A stretch of DNA of 64,000 bases, taken from Heterodontus francisci. Its lineage: Eukaryota. Every line of letters begins with the position of its first letter. Position 1 is the stretch's first letter. Positions 50,878 to 63,905 of this stretch are shown piece by piece. The translations under genes were made by a program, and so were the position numbers. Location: positions 55,814,335 to 55,878,334 of the forward strand of contig NC_090393.1 of NCBI RefSeq assembly GCF_036365525.1. Direction: 5' to 3'. The notes under the pieces are model-generated. The model was not told where the DNA came from. It saw nothing but the letters and a program-made list of their open reading frames with translations, and did no database searches.

Positions 50878-51243
50878 TAAAGGCCTGTTACCCGGCCCGA
50901 ATCCAACGGGACTCGATGACATGTGTCGGGTTCAGGTTGGGTCGGGCCCATCTTCCGGATGCAGCTTTCGGGCTCAGATCGGGCCAGGCCGAGTCCAGGT
51001 CGGGTTGGGTCAGACACACACAGTGAGTGCTCTGGTGGTATGTATTGAAATTAAAAAACTTACCTGAGCTGGGAGCCCGGGACGAAACTGAGTTTGTGCA
51101 ATGAACGAGTGATGTCATCGAAGGGATGGTTGGGTCGGGCTCGGGTCGAGTCGGGGTTGGGCTTAGGTCGGGTCAGGCTCGGGCTGCTGTGGTACAGGTC
51201 GGGTTCGGGTCGGGTTCTTATTCCCGACCTGAGAAGGCCTTGA
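50878..51243. mobile_element. hAT-like MITE (TAAAGGCCTGCT family, long form)
   Basis: TIR taaaggcct/aggccttga; 8-bp TSD ctgcacac/atgcacac; many TCGGG repeats. Confidence 0.8.
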
Positions 51244-52026
51244 ATGCACACTACTACCCCATGGACCAGGTTACATAAAGTTCATGGGTTGGATGGTGTT
51301 CGCCTACAGTACAGGTACAACTGTACAGTTCCCATCTCCCCCTGAGCCAGTCCCAATGACCCAAGAATCCAAAGCTCTCGATCCTGCACCAACTTTTCAG
51401 CCTGCATTCATCTGCACTATCCTCCTATTCCTGTACTCACTGGGAGTAATCTGCAGATTACTACTTTTGAGGTCCTGCTTGCTAATTTTCTACCTAGCTC
51501 CCTAAATTCTGACTGCAGGGCCACATCCCTCTTTCTACCTATGTCATTGATTCTGATGTGGAACAGGACTGCTGGCTGTACATCCTCCCCCCCTCAGGAT
51601 GCTCTGCAGCTGTTCAGTGACATCTTTGACCCTGGCACCTGAGAGGCAATGAGCATCCTAGAATCATGTTTGCAGCCGCAGAAATGCCTATCACCTCTCC
51701 TAACTATCGAATCACCTATCATTATGGTTCGTCCTTGTACCCGCCCCCCACCCCTCTACCTGTGCAGCTGAGCCACCCATGGTGTCATGGATTTGACTTT
51801 GGTTGCACTCCCCAGATGCACCCTCACTCTTATCAGTATTCAGAACTGAATGCTGGTTGGAGAGTGAGATGCATTCAGGAGGCTCCTGTACTACCTGCCT
51901 AGTCCTTTTTGACTTACTGGTGGTCACCTATTCCCTCTCTCCCTGCAAATGCTTAAGCTGCATGGTGACCACATTTCTAAACGTGTTATCCACATAACTC
52001 TCAGCCCCACAGATACACCGCAGTGA

Positions 52027-52857
52027 TAGAACATAGAACATAGAACAGTACAGCATAGTACAGGCCCTTCGGCCCACGATGTTGTGCCGAACCTTTAACC
52101 TACTCTAAGATCAAACTACCTACATACCCTTCATTCTACTGTCATCCATGTACCTATACAAGAGTCACTTAAATGTCCCTAATGTATCTGCTTCTACTAC
52201 CACCACTGGCAGTGCATTCCACGCACCCACCACTCTACGTGTAAAAAACCTACCTCTGACATCTCCCCGAAACCTTCCTCCAATCACCTTAAAATTATGC
52301 CCCTGGTGATAGCCCTCTCCGCCCTGGGAAAAAGTCTCTGGCTATCCACTCTATCTATGCCTCTCATCATCTTGTACCCCTCTATCAAGTCACCTCTCAT
52401 CCTTCTTCGCTCCAATGAGAAAAGCCCTGGCTCCCTCAATCTTTCTTCGTAGGACATGCCCTCCAGACCAGGCAGCATCCTGGTAAATCTCCTCTGCACC
52501 CTCTCTAAAGCTTCCACATCCTTCCTATAATGAGGCGACCAGAACTGAACACAATATTCCAAGTGTGGTCTAACCAGGGCTTTATAGAGCTGCAGCATAA
52601 CCTCGCGGCTCTTAAACTCAATCCCCCTGTTAATGAAAGCTAACACACCATACGCTTTCTTAACAACCCTATCAACTTGGGTGGCAACTTTGAACGATCT
52701 ATGGACATGGACCCCAAGATCCCTCTGTTCCTCCACACTACCAAGAATCCTGTTCTTAAGCCTGTATTCTGCATTCAAATTCGACCTTCCAAAATGAATC
52801 ACTTCACACTTTTACAGGTTGAACTCCATCTGCCACTTCTCAGCCTAGCTCTGCATC
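52027..52857 (-). mobile_element. Young CR1 3' end (tail outward, left)
   Basis: 172-aa ORF2 C-terminal piece; (tagaaca)n tail. Confidence 0.95.
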
Positions 52858-52859
52858 TA

Positions 52860-53803
52860 CATCATTTTTATAAATGACCTGGAAGAGGGTGTAGAAGGGT
52901 GGGTTAGTAAATTTGCGGATGACACGAAGGTCGGTGGAGTTGTGGATAGTGCCGAAGGATGTTGTAGGGTACAGAGGGACATAGATAGGCTGCAGAGCTG
53001 GGCTGAGAGATGGCAAATGGAGTTTAATGCGGAAAAGTGTGAGGTGATTCATTTTGGAAGGAGTAACAGGAATGCAGAGTACTGGGCTAATGGGAAGATT
53101 CTTGGTAGTGTAGATGAACAGAGAGATCTTGGTGTCCAGGTACATAAATCCCTGAAAGTTGCTACCCAGGTTAATCGAGCTGTTAAGAAGGCATATGGTG
53201 TGTTAGCTTTTATTAGTAGGGGGATCGAGTTTCGGAGCCACGAGGTCATGCTGCAGCTGTACAAAACTATGGTGAGGCCGCACCTGGAGTATTGCATGCA
53301 ATTCTGGTCACTGCATTATAGGAAGGATGTGGAAGCTTTGGAAAGGGTGCAGAGGAGATTTACTAGGATGTTGCCTGGTATAGAGGGAAGGTCTTACGAG
53401 GATAGGCTGAGGGACTTGAGGTTTTTTTCGTTGGAGAGAAGGAGGAGGAGAGGTGACTTAATAGAGACATATAAGATAATCAGAGGGTTAGATAGGGTGG
53501 ATAGTGAGAGTCTTTTTCCTCGGATGGTGATGGCAAACACGAGGGGACATAGCTTTAAGTTGAGGGGTGATAGCTATAGGACAGATGTTAGAGGTAGTTT
53601 CTTTACTCAGAGAGTAGTAGGGGCGTGGAACGCCCTGCCTGCAACAGTAGTAGACTCGCCAACTTTAAGGGCATTTAAGTGGTCATTGGATAGACATATG
53701 GATGAAAATGGAATAGTGTAGGTCAGATGGTTTCACAGGTCGGCGCAACATCGAGGGCCGAAGGGCCTGTACTGCGCTGTAATGTTCTATGTTCTATGTT
53801 CTA
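52860..53803 (+). mobile_element. Young CR1 3' end (tail outward, right)
   Basis: Uninterrupted ORF2 C-terminus to the stop at 53721; (gttctat)3 tail. Confidence 0.95.
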
Positions 53804-54059
53804 TATGGTTATCCAGCATCCAAGAAGTGTCCTGGAATCCCCACATAACGCAGGATTTGCACTCCAGAGGTTGGAGCAGCCCTGCCATTCCTTTATCTAG
53901 AAAGTACAACCCTGCTACTACGAATAAACCCTGCTACTAATGAATACTACGAGTTGAGAATAAAAGTAAAAAAGGAAAAATATAAAAATACTCACCAACC
54001 AACCACTTACCTGCTTCCCACTGATGTCACACTTGATTTTCTTTACAACACTGTGGTTC

Positions 54060-57000
54060 AGCTCTGCGGGTTAGGTTCCTCACAAGCCCGCTCAATAACC
54101 TCTCGCCGCTGCTGCTGATGCAGCAAGTCAGCCTGGATTGGCAAGTCTTTGCTGATGTTGCAGTTGTATTCTTTTGAGACTGCATATTTATGGTGCAGTT
54201 GTGCTGGTGCAATTTTTACCAGGATAGGCAGCCAAAGCATTAGTGTCGATAAAAGTAGAGAGGTAATACTTCGTATCGTACAGGTCAGCTGGCCATCAAT
54301 GGATTGACAAACGGACTTTCTAACCATGTCGGAGAGCAGTACTGCGCTGCAGAGTACAGCAGGTCGAGTGCTGGGTTTGAGCATCTGCTTTCCACATGGA
54401 TCCAGCGAGTTTCTAGATCAAGTTAACCCTACCCTTTTTGTTTTTACCAGTTGACAGTACCTCAGAGAAGGAGGTCAACCATCTTTTCACGTTGTGTCCC
54501 ACTGCTTTTAATACGAGGTAAATACTGTGTGAACCAGCGGGTTTTCTAGATTTGGTTGTTGACAGGACTCATACATGGTGAATAGATCAGACATAAGTGA
54601 CAATTTGGTGCCGGCATCAAGTTTGCCGAAAGCTACCACATCACTCGTCTTCGAAATGCTTTGTCCACTGGAGACTTTGATGTTTATATCAAGTGGGATT
54701 CAACGGTATCAGCTCGCATGGTCATCCTGTGTTTATCGGCGGGGTTTGTCCCAGGACATTGACGGAGCAGGGCCCATGCCTCCCTGCTGGAGTGAGTAAA
54801 GTTAGCCTTCTCCACAAGGTTCTTCCATCTTTCAGGTCTCATCGAGTTCAAGGATTCCCGCATTATGGTGGATGTGACGGGACTTTGGTTCAGCGAGTTC
54901 TCCAATTAGAGAGCCTCACTTTCTTCCGTAAAACAAGGAATATATGTATTTTTAAACCATCGAGATATACTGCATTTTGTGGCAGATCTAACAGTTCCAT
55001 AAATTTGTTGAAGGTCTCAGTGGTTGGCAGCATCCGCTAAGCCCTCATCAGCAGCATCTCCCAAACCTGCGACCTCGACGACCTCTAGACGAATAAGGGC
55101 AGCAGATGCATGTGGCCATCACCTGCAAGTTCCCTTCTAAGTCACACACGGTCCTGACATGGAAATACATCGTAGTTCCTTGATCATTGCTGGGTCAAAT
55201 TCCTGGAGCTCCATATCCAACAGCACTGTGGGAGTACCTCCACCACACAGCAGCTCAAGTAGGCGGCTCCCCAGCACCTTCTAAAAATTGACACAGCGTT
55301 GGTATTAGAAAGATTGGCTGTACTTAAAATTGATAAGCCACAAGGACCGGATGAGTCTGATCTGGGAGACTGAGGGAAGTCATGGTGGATATTGTGTAGG
55401 TATTGGACCTAACCTTCCAATCCTCCTTAGATACAGGGGTGATGCCTGAGGACTGGAGAATTACAATTGTTACACCTTTAGTCAAAAAAAGGTGTAAGGA
55501 TAAGCCCAGCACCTACAGGCCAGTCAGTTTAATCTCGGTGGTGGGAAAGCTTTTAGAAATGATAACCGGGACACAATTAACAATCACTTGGATAGATATG
55601 GATTAATTAAGGAAAGTCAGGACAGATTTCTTCAGGGAAAATCATGTTAAACTAACTTGATTGAGTTTTTTGATGAGGTAACAGAGAAGATTGCTGAGGG
55701 CAGTATGGTTGATGTTCTGTACATGAACTTCCAACAGTAGTTTTATAAAGTGCCACATAGCAGGCGTGTCAGCAATGTTAAAGGCAATGGAATAAAAGGA
55801 ACAGTGGAAGCATGAATACAAAGTTGGATGAGTGACAGGAAACAGAGTAGTGGTGAATGGTTGTTTTCGGACTGGAGAAAAGAATACAGTGCGGTTCCCC
55901 AGGGGTCAGCCCTAGGATCACTGCTTTTCTTGATCTAATTGAATAACCTAGGCTAGCATGTGCAGAGTACAACATCAAAATTTGTGGATGACACAAAACT
56001 TGGAAGTATTGTGAACTTTGAGGAAGGTAGTGATAGACAAAAAGAGGACATAGACAGGTTGGCGGAATTGGTGGACACCTGGCAGATTAAATTTAAGGCA
56101 GAAAAGTTTATATTTGGTAGGAAGAACAAGGAGAAACAATATAAAATAAAGGATACAATTCTCAAGGGGGTGCAGGAGCAGAGGGACCTGGGGCTATATG
56201 TGCACAAATTGTTGAAGGTGGAATGCAGGTTGAAAAAATGATCAATAGGCATACAAGATCCTAGGCAAAAAGCAAGGAAGTTATGGTGCACCTTTATAAA
56301 ACATCGATTTGGCCTCAACTGGATCCTTGTGTCCAATTTTGGAGACCACACATTAGGAAGGATGTGAAGGCATTGGAGACGGTGCAGAAAAGATTTACAA
56401 GAATGGTTCCAGTGATGTGGGCCTTCAGTTATATGGATATATTGGAGAAACTGCAGCTGTTCTCCTTAGAGAAGGAAATGTTCAGAGGAAATTTGATAGA
56501 GGTGTCAAAATCAGGCGGTGTCTGGACAGCGTGGAGAGGGAGAAACTGTTCCCATTTGTGGAAGGGTCGAGAACCAGAGGACGCTGATTTAAGGTGAATG
56601 GCAAAAGAACCAAAGGAGACATGTGGAAAAACTTTTTTATGCAGTGAGTGGGTAGGATCTGGAAAGCACTGCCCGTGGTTTATGCCAATTCAATTGGAGC
56701 TTTCAAAAGGGAATTGCATAATTATCTGAAGAGAAAATAATTGCAGGCCTATGGGGAAAGGTTGGGGGAGTGAGTGTAGATGAGCTGGTCTTGCAGAGGG
56801 CTGGCACAGATACGACGGGCTGAATAGCCTCCTTCTGTGCTGTAACCATACTATGATTCTGAAGGGTCGTTATGAATAGACAATAAATGGTGGCCTTACC
56901 AGAGATGCCCAGATCCCCTGAATGAATAAAAGATGGAATCTACCTGATTTTGGTGCCAATGACCTTTGGAAGGTTTCTCAGTCTGCTTTTGAGAAATTCT

Positions 57001-57880
57001 ATCGTGGTTCTGGTGTTAATGCAATGACAGGAATTATGATGCTAACATTAATGATTGAAGGACTGTTGACTAGGGGAAGTCGTCAAGAATGGTTCTGGAG
57101 GCAATGTTTGGATTTCCTTTGATATCTGGGAACAGGAAATAAAGATCTGGGTTATAATCACTCTGCCATCTTGACAAATGATATATACCTCGATGTTTGG
57201 TATCAAAAAGGAGGAATTAATTCTTGAGTGAAGAACACTGTACAATTGCTTCTCCATTATAGTCGACGTCTTCATAGCCCTGCAGTGGTGGCTGTTAAAG
57301 TCTCTGAGATAGTTGGATGTGTGTTGACTAGGAGGGAGCAGTTGTTCAGACGTATGAGTGCTGGTTTGTAGACATTGGCGACCGTTACCTCTCGTACCTG
57401 TATTGGTGTAGTCAAAACCTGGCAACATTGGTACGTTTGAGTTTGGTGCAATGTATGTTGCCTTGTTTGACATAGCATGCCAGATGCGATATATGGAATT
57501 GCTTGTCCAAATGATTAGGATAGAACCAACAGCAAATCCTCTTGCGTGAACTAGTGAGTGTAATTGATGTGTATTTCCGTTCGAGAATGAGAACATCAAT
57601 GCTGTGTGCTTTGAGTAACCTCTCGAGATATTAACATTCTGAGTATGAAATGCCCTCGATATTAAGATGGCATCTTTGGATGTTTGGGCTACATGTAGTT
57701 TCCTTTGGTCTTGAAGAGGACCACTTAGTTTGCTTGATTTGCACTTTCACTGGAAGATCAATTTAATAACAAGTACAGGGTACTTTGAGATTTAACTGTG
57801 ATCCAGGATTATGTAACAGGATGGACCACGAGAAGGCTGTCAGCATCTACACCCCTTAATTAACCACAAGATGTTCATGG
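54060..57880 (-). mobile_element. Vingi/Ingi-clade LINE relic, split by nested insertions at 55035-56935
   Basis: LNIEGIS..IDVLIL (EN start), VANVYKP, DFNSHH, RWKNLVEKANFTHSSREAWALLR motifs. Confidence 0.65.
55035..56935 (+). mobile_element. 3' fragment of the tRNA-headed LINE family (55035-55283 and 56860-56935) with a CR1 copy (55284-56860) nested inside
   Basis: Homologous to 25630-25950; inner CR1 has DWRITIVTPL..YRPVSLIS, KFVDDTKLG and a tatgattct tail. Confidence 0.8.
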
Positions 57881-57892
57881 TGGGGGATTCAA

Positions 57893-60790
57893 AGAAACAT
57901 AGGGAACATAGGACTTAGGAGCAGGAGTTAGCCATTCGACCCATCGTGCCTGTTCCGCCATTCTATAAGATTGTGGCCGATCTGGTTCTGGTTGCAAATC
58001 CACTTTCCTGTCTGACCGCCATAACCCTTGATTCCCTTGTCTATCAAAAATCTATCTCATTCAGCCTTGGATAAATTTAATGACCCAGTCTCCACTACTT
58101 TCTGAGGAAGAGAGTTCCACAGACTAACAACCCTCTGAGAGAAAAAATTCTCCTCATCTCCGTCTTCAAAGGGAGACCTCTTTTTCTTAAACTGTGTACC
58201 CTAATTCGAGTCTCCCCACAAGAGGGAACATCCTCCTGGTTCAAGTCCTCTTAGGATTTTATATGTTTCAATAAGATTACCTCCCGTTCTAAACTCCCTC
58301 CAATGGGGTTATGCCCAACTTGTTCAACCTTTCTTCATAAGATAAGCCCTTCATCCTGGAATTAGTTGAGTGAACATTCTCTGAACTGCTTTGAATGCAA
58401 TTATATCCTTTTCCAAATAAGGAGACCAAAACTGTACACAGTACTCCGGAAGTGGTCTCAACAGGGTCCTGTACAGCTGAAGTAAAACTTCCTTACATTT
58501 ATACGTGATTCCTCTTGCAATAAACACCAACATTCCATTTGCCTTCCTAATCATTTGCTGTACCTGCATACTAACTTTTTGTGATTCATGTGCCAGGATA
58601 CCCAGATCCCTTTGAACCACCGATTTCTGCAATCTCTCTCCATTTAAATAATTTACAACTTTTCTATTCTTCCTGCCAAAGTGGGCAAGTTCACATTTTC
58701 CCACATTATATACCATCTGCCAAATTGTTGCCCACCCAACCTATCTATATCCCTTTGTAGACTCTTTACCTCCTCTTGACAACTTACTTTCCTTACTGTC
58801 TTGGTGCCATTGGCAAATTTAGCTACCATATATTCGGTCCCTTCATCCAAATCATTGATAGATTGTAAATAGTTGAGGCCCCAGCACTGATCCCTGTGGA
58901 ACTCCACTATTTACTGCTTGCCAACCCAAAAAAGACCCATATATCCCCACTCTCTGCTTCCTGTTAGCTAATCAGTCCTTCATCCATGCTAATATGTTAC
59001 TCCCTACACCATCCTGTGTAGTAATCTATGATGCGTCATCCTTTCAAATGCCTTTTGGAAATCTAAGTACACCACATCTACAGGTTTCCCTTTTATCCAT
59101 CTTGCTTGTTACTTGCTCAAAGAACTCTAATAAATTAGTTAAACTCGATTTCCCTTTCACAAAACCATGTTGACTTTGTCTGATCCCATTATAATTTTCT
59201 AAGTATCCTGCTATAACCTCCTTGATAATGGATTCTTGCAATTTCTCTATGGCAGATGTTAGGCTAACTGGCCTATAGTTTCCTGCTTTCTCTCTCCCTC
59301 CTTTCTTGAATTAAGGTGTTACATTTGCTATTTTCCAATCTGCTGTGACCCTTACAGAATCTAAGGAATTTTGGAAGGTTATAACCAAAGCCCTTACCAT
59401 CTCTGCAGCCACTTCGTTTAAGACGCTGGGCTGCAGACTATCTGGTCCTGGGGACTTGTCAGCCCTTAGGTTTAATAGTTTTCCCAGCACCTTTTCCCTG
59501 GTGATTGTGATTGTTTCAAGTTCCTCTCTCCCTTTCACCTCTTGATTTTCAAGTATCTTTGGGAGGTTTTCTAAGTTTTCAACAGTGAAAACAGACAAAA
59601 ATACCTGTTCAACACCTCTGCCATTTCCTTGTTTTCCAATATCAATTCCGCAGACTCTCTCTAGAGAGCCAACACTAGCTTTAGTTACTCTTTTTCTATT
59701 TAAATACTTGTAGAAACTCTTACTATTGCTTTTATATTACTAGCTATCTTTCTTTCATGCTCTACTTTCCCCCTCTTTTTTTAGTCATTCTTTGCTGGTT
59801 TTGGAAATCTGTACAATCTTTTGACCTACCACTAATTTTTGCAGATTTGTACAGTGTTTCTTTCAATTTGATACTATCCTTAACTTCCTTATTTAACCAT
59901 GGATGATGCATCCTTCTCAAAGAATCTTTCTTTCTCACTAGGATAAATCGTTGCTGAGAATTATTAAATATCTCCTTAAACGTCTGCCACTGAATCTCTA
60001 ATGTCCTATCTTTTGACCTAGTTTCAAAGTTTACTTTAGCTAGCTCTGCCTTCATATGCTCGTTTTATTTAGGTTTAAAACACTAGTCTTAGACCCACAT
60101 TTCTCCCCTTCAAATTGAATGTGAATTTCTAACATGTTATCATCACTGTAACCGAGAGGCTCCTTTACCATGAGGTTATTGATTAAACCTGTTTCATTAC
60201 ACTTTACTAGGTCTAGAATAGCCTGCTCCCTGGTCGGGTCTGGAATGTACTGCTCTAAGCAATTGCCCCAAATACACTCTATTAACTCATTTTCCAGGCT
60301 ACATTTGCCAATTTGATTCACCCAATCTACATGTAGATTAAAGTCACCCATGACAATCGTGGTACCCCTTTTACACACCCCATTTATTTCTTCCTGAATA
60401 CTCTGTCCTACAGTGTAGCAACTGTTAGGGAGCCTACAAGTGACCTCTTACCTTTCCTATCTCTTATCTCTACCCAAACTGACTCTTCATCTTGCTCTTT
60501 CGAGCTAATATCATCTCTCACTACTGTATGACATTCTTAATTAACAGAGCTACCCCGCCACCTTTTTCTAGCTTTCTGTTTTTTTGAAATGCCAAATACC
60601 ATTGGTCACCTTGCAATGATGTATCTGTAATGGCTATCAGGTCATGTATATTTATTTCGGCCTGTGCTAACAATTCATCCCTTTTGTATTGAACGTTGTA
60701 TGTTTTCAGATACAGAGCTTTTAACTTTGTCTTTTTACCATTTCTACAATCTCTGGTCTTATCTTCTGGTGCACTGTTAAACATCTATGG
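57893..60790 (-). mobile_element. Long degenerate CR1 ORF2 copy
   Basis: VMGDFNLHVDW, DKSPGPD, SQHGFVKGKS, LPEYCVQFWSP. Confidence 0.9.
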
Positions 60791-60829
60791 TCTGTTCCTT
60801 CCTGTCACACTTTGGTGATCATGGCCCAA

Positions 60830-61700
60830 ATCTATTTGGCTACTGCCATTTGCCAACAAACACAAGGCACAGCTACACAACAATGTCTCTTACCCATAAA
60901 ACTTCACGAATCCTAAGCCTGTCCTTGCACATAATGCTTCAAATCACACTTCTCCTATCAACCATTCCCCATGCAACAATGGCAGCACACTTGCAAAATT
61001 ATCTTTTGCCCAACCACCTGAGGAAAGCATTCCTCATTGCTTTCTAGCATTATGACTTTCAACCCCAATGCGCACACTGCTGCTTGTCACAAACAGGACA
61101 GCAAGCTCAAAGAATGAGACTTCTTGCACACAAAAAGCCCATTGAATTCTGCACTCTTTCTTCGGGAATTACTTCCAATCCTACTTGCTATGCTAACATT
61201 TTTCCTGAAAAAGGGGCACCACAGCCAAGCAGTTTCCTCATCAGCAATCCAACGTTGCCAGAGTTGATGCCTTTGGAGGCTGGCTCTTCCAGATTGCAAT
61301 GATCACACGAATGCTGATGGACAAGGGCACAGTACCTGCACAGTGCCTTATTTCCCCTCACAAGGTTAGGGAGATCCTGGTGATTTTCTAGGGAGCAGGG
61401 TTCCAATTAGCACTTGTCACAATAAGATATTGTGAGGCAAAGAAAGACATGTGAATGAGAGGCTGAAATGTCCCACTTGGAACGATTATACAATTGTGGT
61501 ATTTTAGAAGGTCTTGTGTTTGAATGGCAGCTGTGTTGCTTGTATTTGGTCAAGTTGAGCAAGCAAAACGGTGTGAGAAAAGAATGTTTCCCGAGGGGTT
61601 GCAAAATGCAAGTTGTTGTACGAAAGGTATGCGTCTGATTGTTGTTTGCAGTGCAGGAACGATGAATTTCCTTGCTGGCACTGCCTGAAAGGTCAAGTAA
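60830..61700 (-). mobile_element. Possible old L1/Tx1-type LINE C-terminal fragment
   Basis: WQRWIADEETAWLWCPF loosely resembles a decayed Cys-rich C-terminal motif; weak. Confidence 0.25.
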
Positions 61701-61719
61701 GATTGATAAATGATCATCG

Positions 61720-62930
61720 AGTCGGAAAGTCATTTCCAGCACAGAAGGAGGCCATTCTGCCCATCGAGTGACTGCCAGCTCTCCGTTGAACAATCCAGTC
61801 AGTCCCATTGCACTGCTCTGGCTCTGAAAGTTTATTTCCTTCAAGTGCCCATCCAATTCTCTTTTGAAATCATTTATTGTGTCTGCTTCCAACATCGTCA
61901 AAGGCAGCGAGTTCCATCTCATTATCAGTAGCTGCGTAAAAATGTTCTTCCTCACATTCCCCTGCATCCCTTGCCTAAAAACCTTAAATCTGAGTCCCTT
62001 AGTCCTTGTGCAATCAGCTAATGGGAACAGTTTTTTTGCCTGCCTTATCCCAAACTGTCATAATCTTTGCACCTCAATCAAATCTCTTCACAAAGTCCTT
62101 TGCTCCAATGAGAACAACCCCAACTTTTCCAACCTAAATTTGTAGCTAAAATCCCTCATTCCTGAAACCATTCTGGTAAATCTCCTCTGCACACTCTCAA
62201 GGACCCTTACATCCATCCTAAAGTGTGATGATCAAAATTGGAGTAAATAGTCTAATTATGGCCTAACCAGAGCTTTCTAAAAGTTCAGTATAACTTCGCT
62301 GCTTTTGTACTCAATACTTCTATTTACGAAGCACAAGATTCCATATAATAAAAGCAAAATACTGCGGATGCTGGAAATCTGAAACCAAAACAAGAAATGC
62401 TGGATTCACTCAGCAGGTCTGGCAGCATCTGTGGAAAGAGAAGCAGAGTTAACGTTTCGGGTCAGTGACCCTTCTTCGGAAGAAGGGTCACTGACCCGAA
62501 ACGTTAACTCTGCTTCTCTTTCCACAGATGCTGCCAGACCTGCTGAGTGAATCCAGCATTTCTTGTTTTTGTACAAGATTCCATATGTTTTGTTGACCAC
62601 ACTCTCAATACGTCCTGCAACCTACAAAAAGCTATGCACATGCACCCAAGGTCCCTTTGTCCCTGCACACTCTTTCGAACTGTGACATTTAAGTTTATAT
62701 GACCTCATCCCATCCCTACTGCCAAAATGCATCACCTCACACTTGTTTGTATTAAATTCCACGTTTGTATTAAATTCCATTTGCCACTTGTCTGTCCATT
62801 CTGCTAGCCTATCTATGTCCTCTTGAAGTCAATTTGTATCATCCCCACCGTTTGCCATTCCTTCAAGTTTGGAATCATTGGCAAATTTTGAAATCTTAGG
62901 CTCAATTCCAATATCCAAGTTATTTCTATA
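61720..62930 (-). mobile_element. CR1 3' portion hosting the Penelope palindrome
   Basis: GNVRKNIFTQ..WNSLP..DFKRELDGHL. Confidence 0.85.
62347..62572. mobile_element. Penelope-terminus fold-back insertion containing a perfect 183-bp palindrome
   Basis: Arms 62387-62477 and 62479-62569 are exact reverse complements; 14-bp TSD acaagattccatat. Confidence 0.9.
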
Positions 62931-62967
62931 TATTGTTATGACCAGGCAAGAAAAGTGTCTAGAGATC

Positions 62968-63905
62968 CTTTATGCTACCACTACCAAGCGCATCTTCCCC
63001 TCCTCTCCCCTGTCAGCATTCCGAAGGGATCATTCCCTCCGTGACACCCTGGTCTACTCCTCCATTAACCTCATCACCTCTTCCCCTTCCCATGGAACCT
63101 TCCCCTGCAATTGCAGAAGGTATAATACCTGCCCATTTACTTTCTCTCTCCCCACTATCCAAGGCCCCAAACACTCCTTTCAGGTGAAGCAGCGATTTAC
63201 TTGTACTTCTTTCAATTTAGTATACTGCATTCGCAGACTGGGTGAACACTTTGCGAAACACCTCTGCTTAGTCCGAAAGCATGACCCTGAGCTTCCAGTT
63301 GCTCGCCATTTCAACAGTCCCTCCTGCTCACATGTTTACATCTCTGTCCTGGGATTGCTGCAGTATTCCAGTGAACATCAACACAAGCTCGAGGAACAGC
63401 ATCTCATTTACCAATAGGGCACGCTACAGCCTGCCAGACTGAACTTTGAGTTCAATAATTTCAGAGCATTACGGGCCCCCCTTTTAAATTTTATTTTAGT
63501 CATTTTTCATTTTTCTTTTTTATGGTCTTATTTTATTTTACTTTGTTTAGTTTGTTTCTACACTGCCTACCCACTGTTTTTTCATGTTTGTGCTTGGGGC
63601 CAAGCTGTTCAGTTTTCTGTCAATTAACACCGTCTCTGTACTAACGCTTTGTCTTTCACCATTAACATACCGTTTGCCTTTGCACTCTGACCTTCTGGTC
63701 AGTTATTCTCTGTGACCTTGTCCTATCAACACCTTCTCTTTTGTTATCTCTTTTCCCACCCCTGCTTTACTTGCTTAAAACCTATTACATTTCTGGCTCT
63801 GCCTGTTCTGATGAAGGGTTACTGACCTGAAATGTTAACTCTGCTTCTCTCTCCACAGATGCTGCCAGACCTGCTGAGTATTTCCAGCATTTCTTGTTTT
63901 TATTT
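62968..63905 (+). mobile_element. Penelope-like element 3' part with hammerhead motif at 63802-63845
   Basis: AFRRDHSLRDTLV..GTFPCNCRRYNTC..FTCTSFNLVYCI..EHQHKLEEQHLI; 3' UTR highly similar to 37030-37704; CUGAUGA...GAAA core. Confidence 0.9.

Larger units (their letters stand above)
51250..54030 (-). mobile_element. CR1 ORF1/5' region relic, split by the 52027-53803 insertion
   Basis: PPECISLSNQHSVLNT and degenerate IGDS-like motifs; continuity cgcagtg|gttatccagc across the insertion. Confidence 0.6.
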
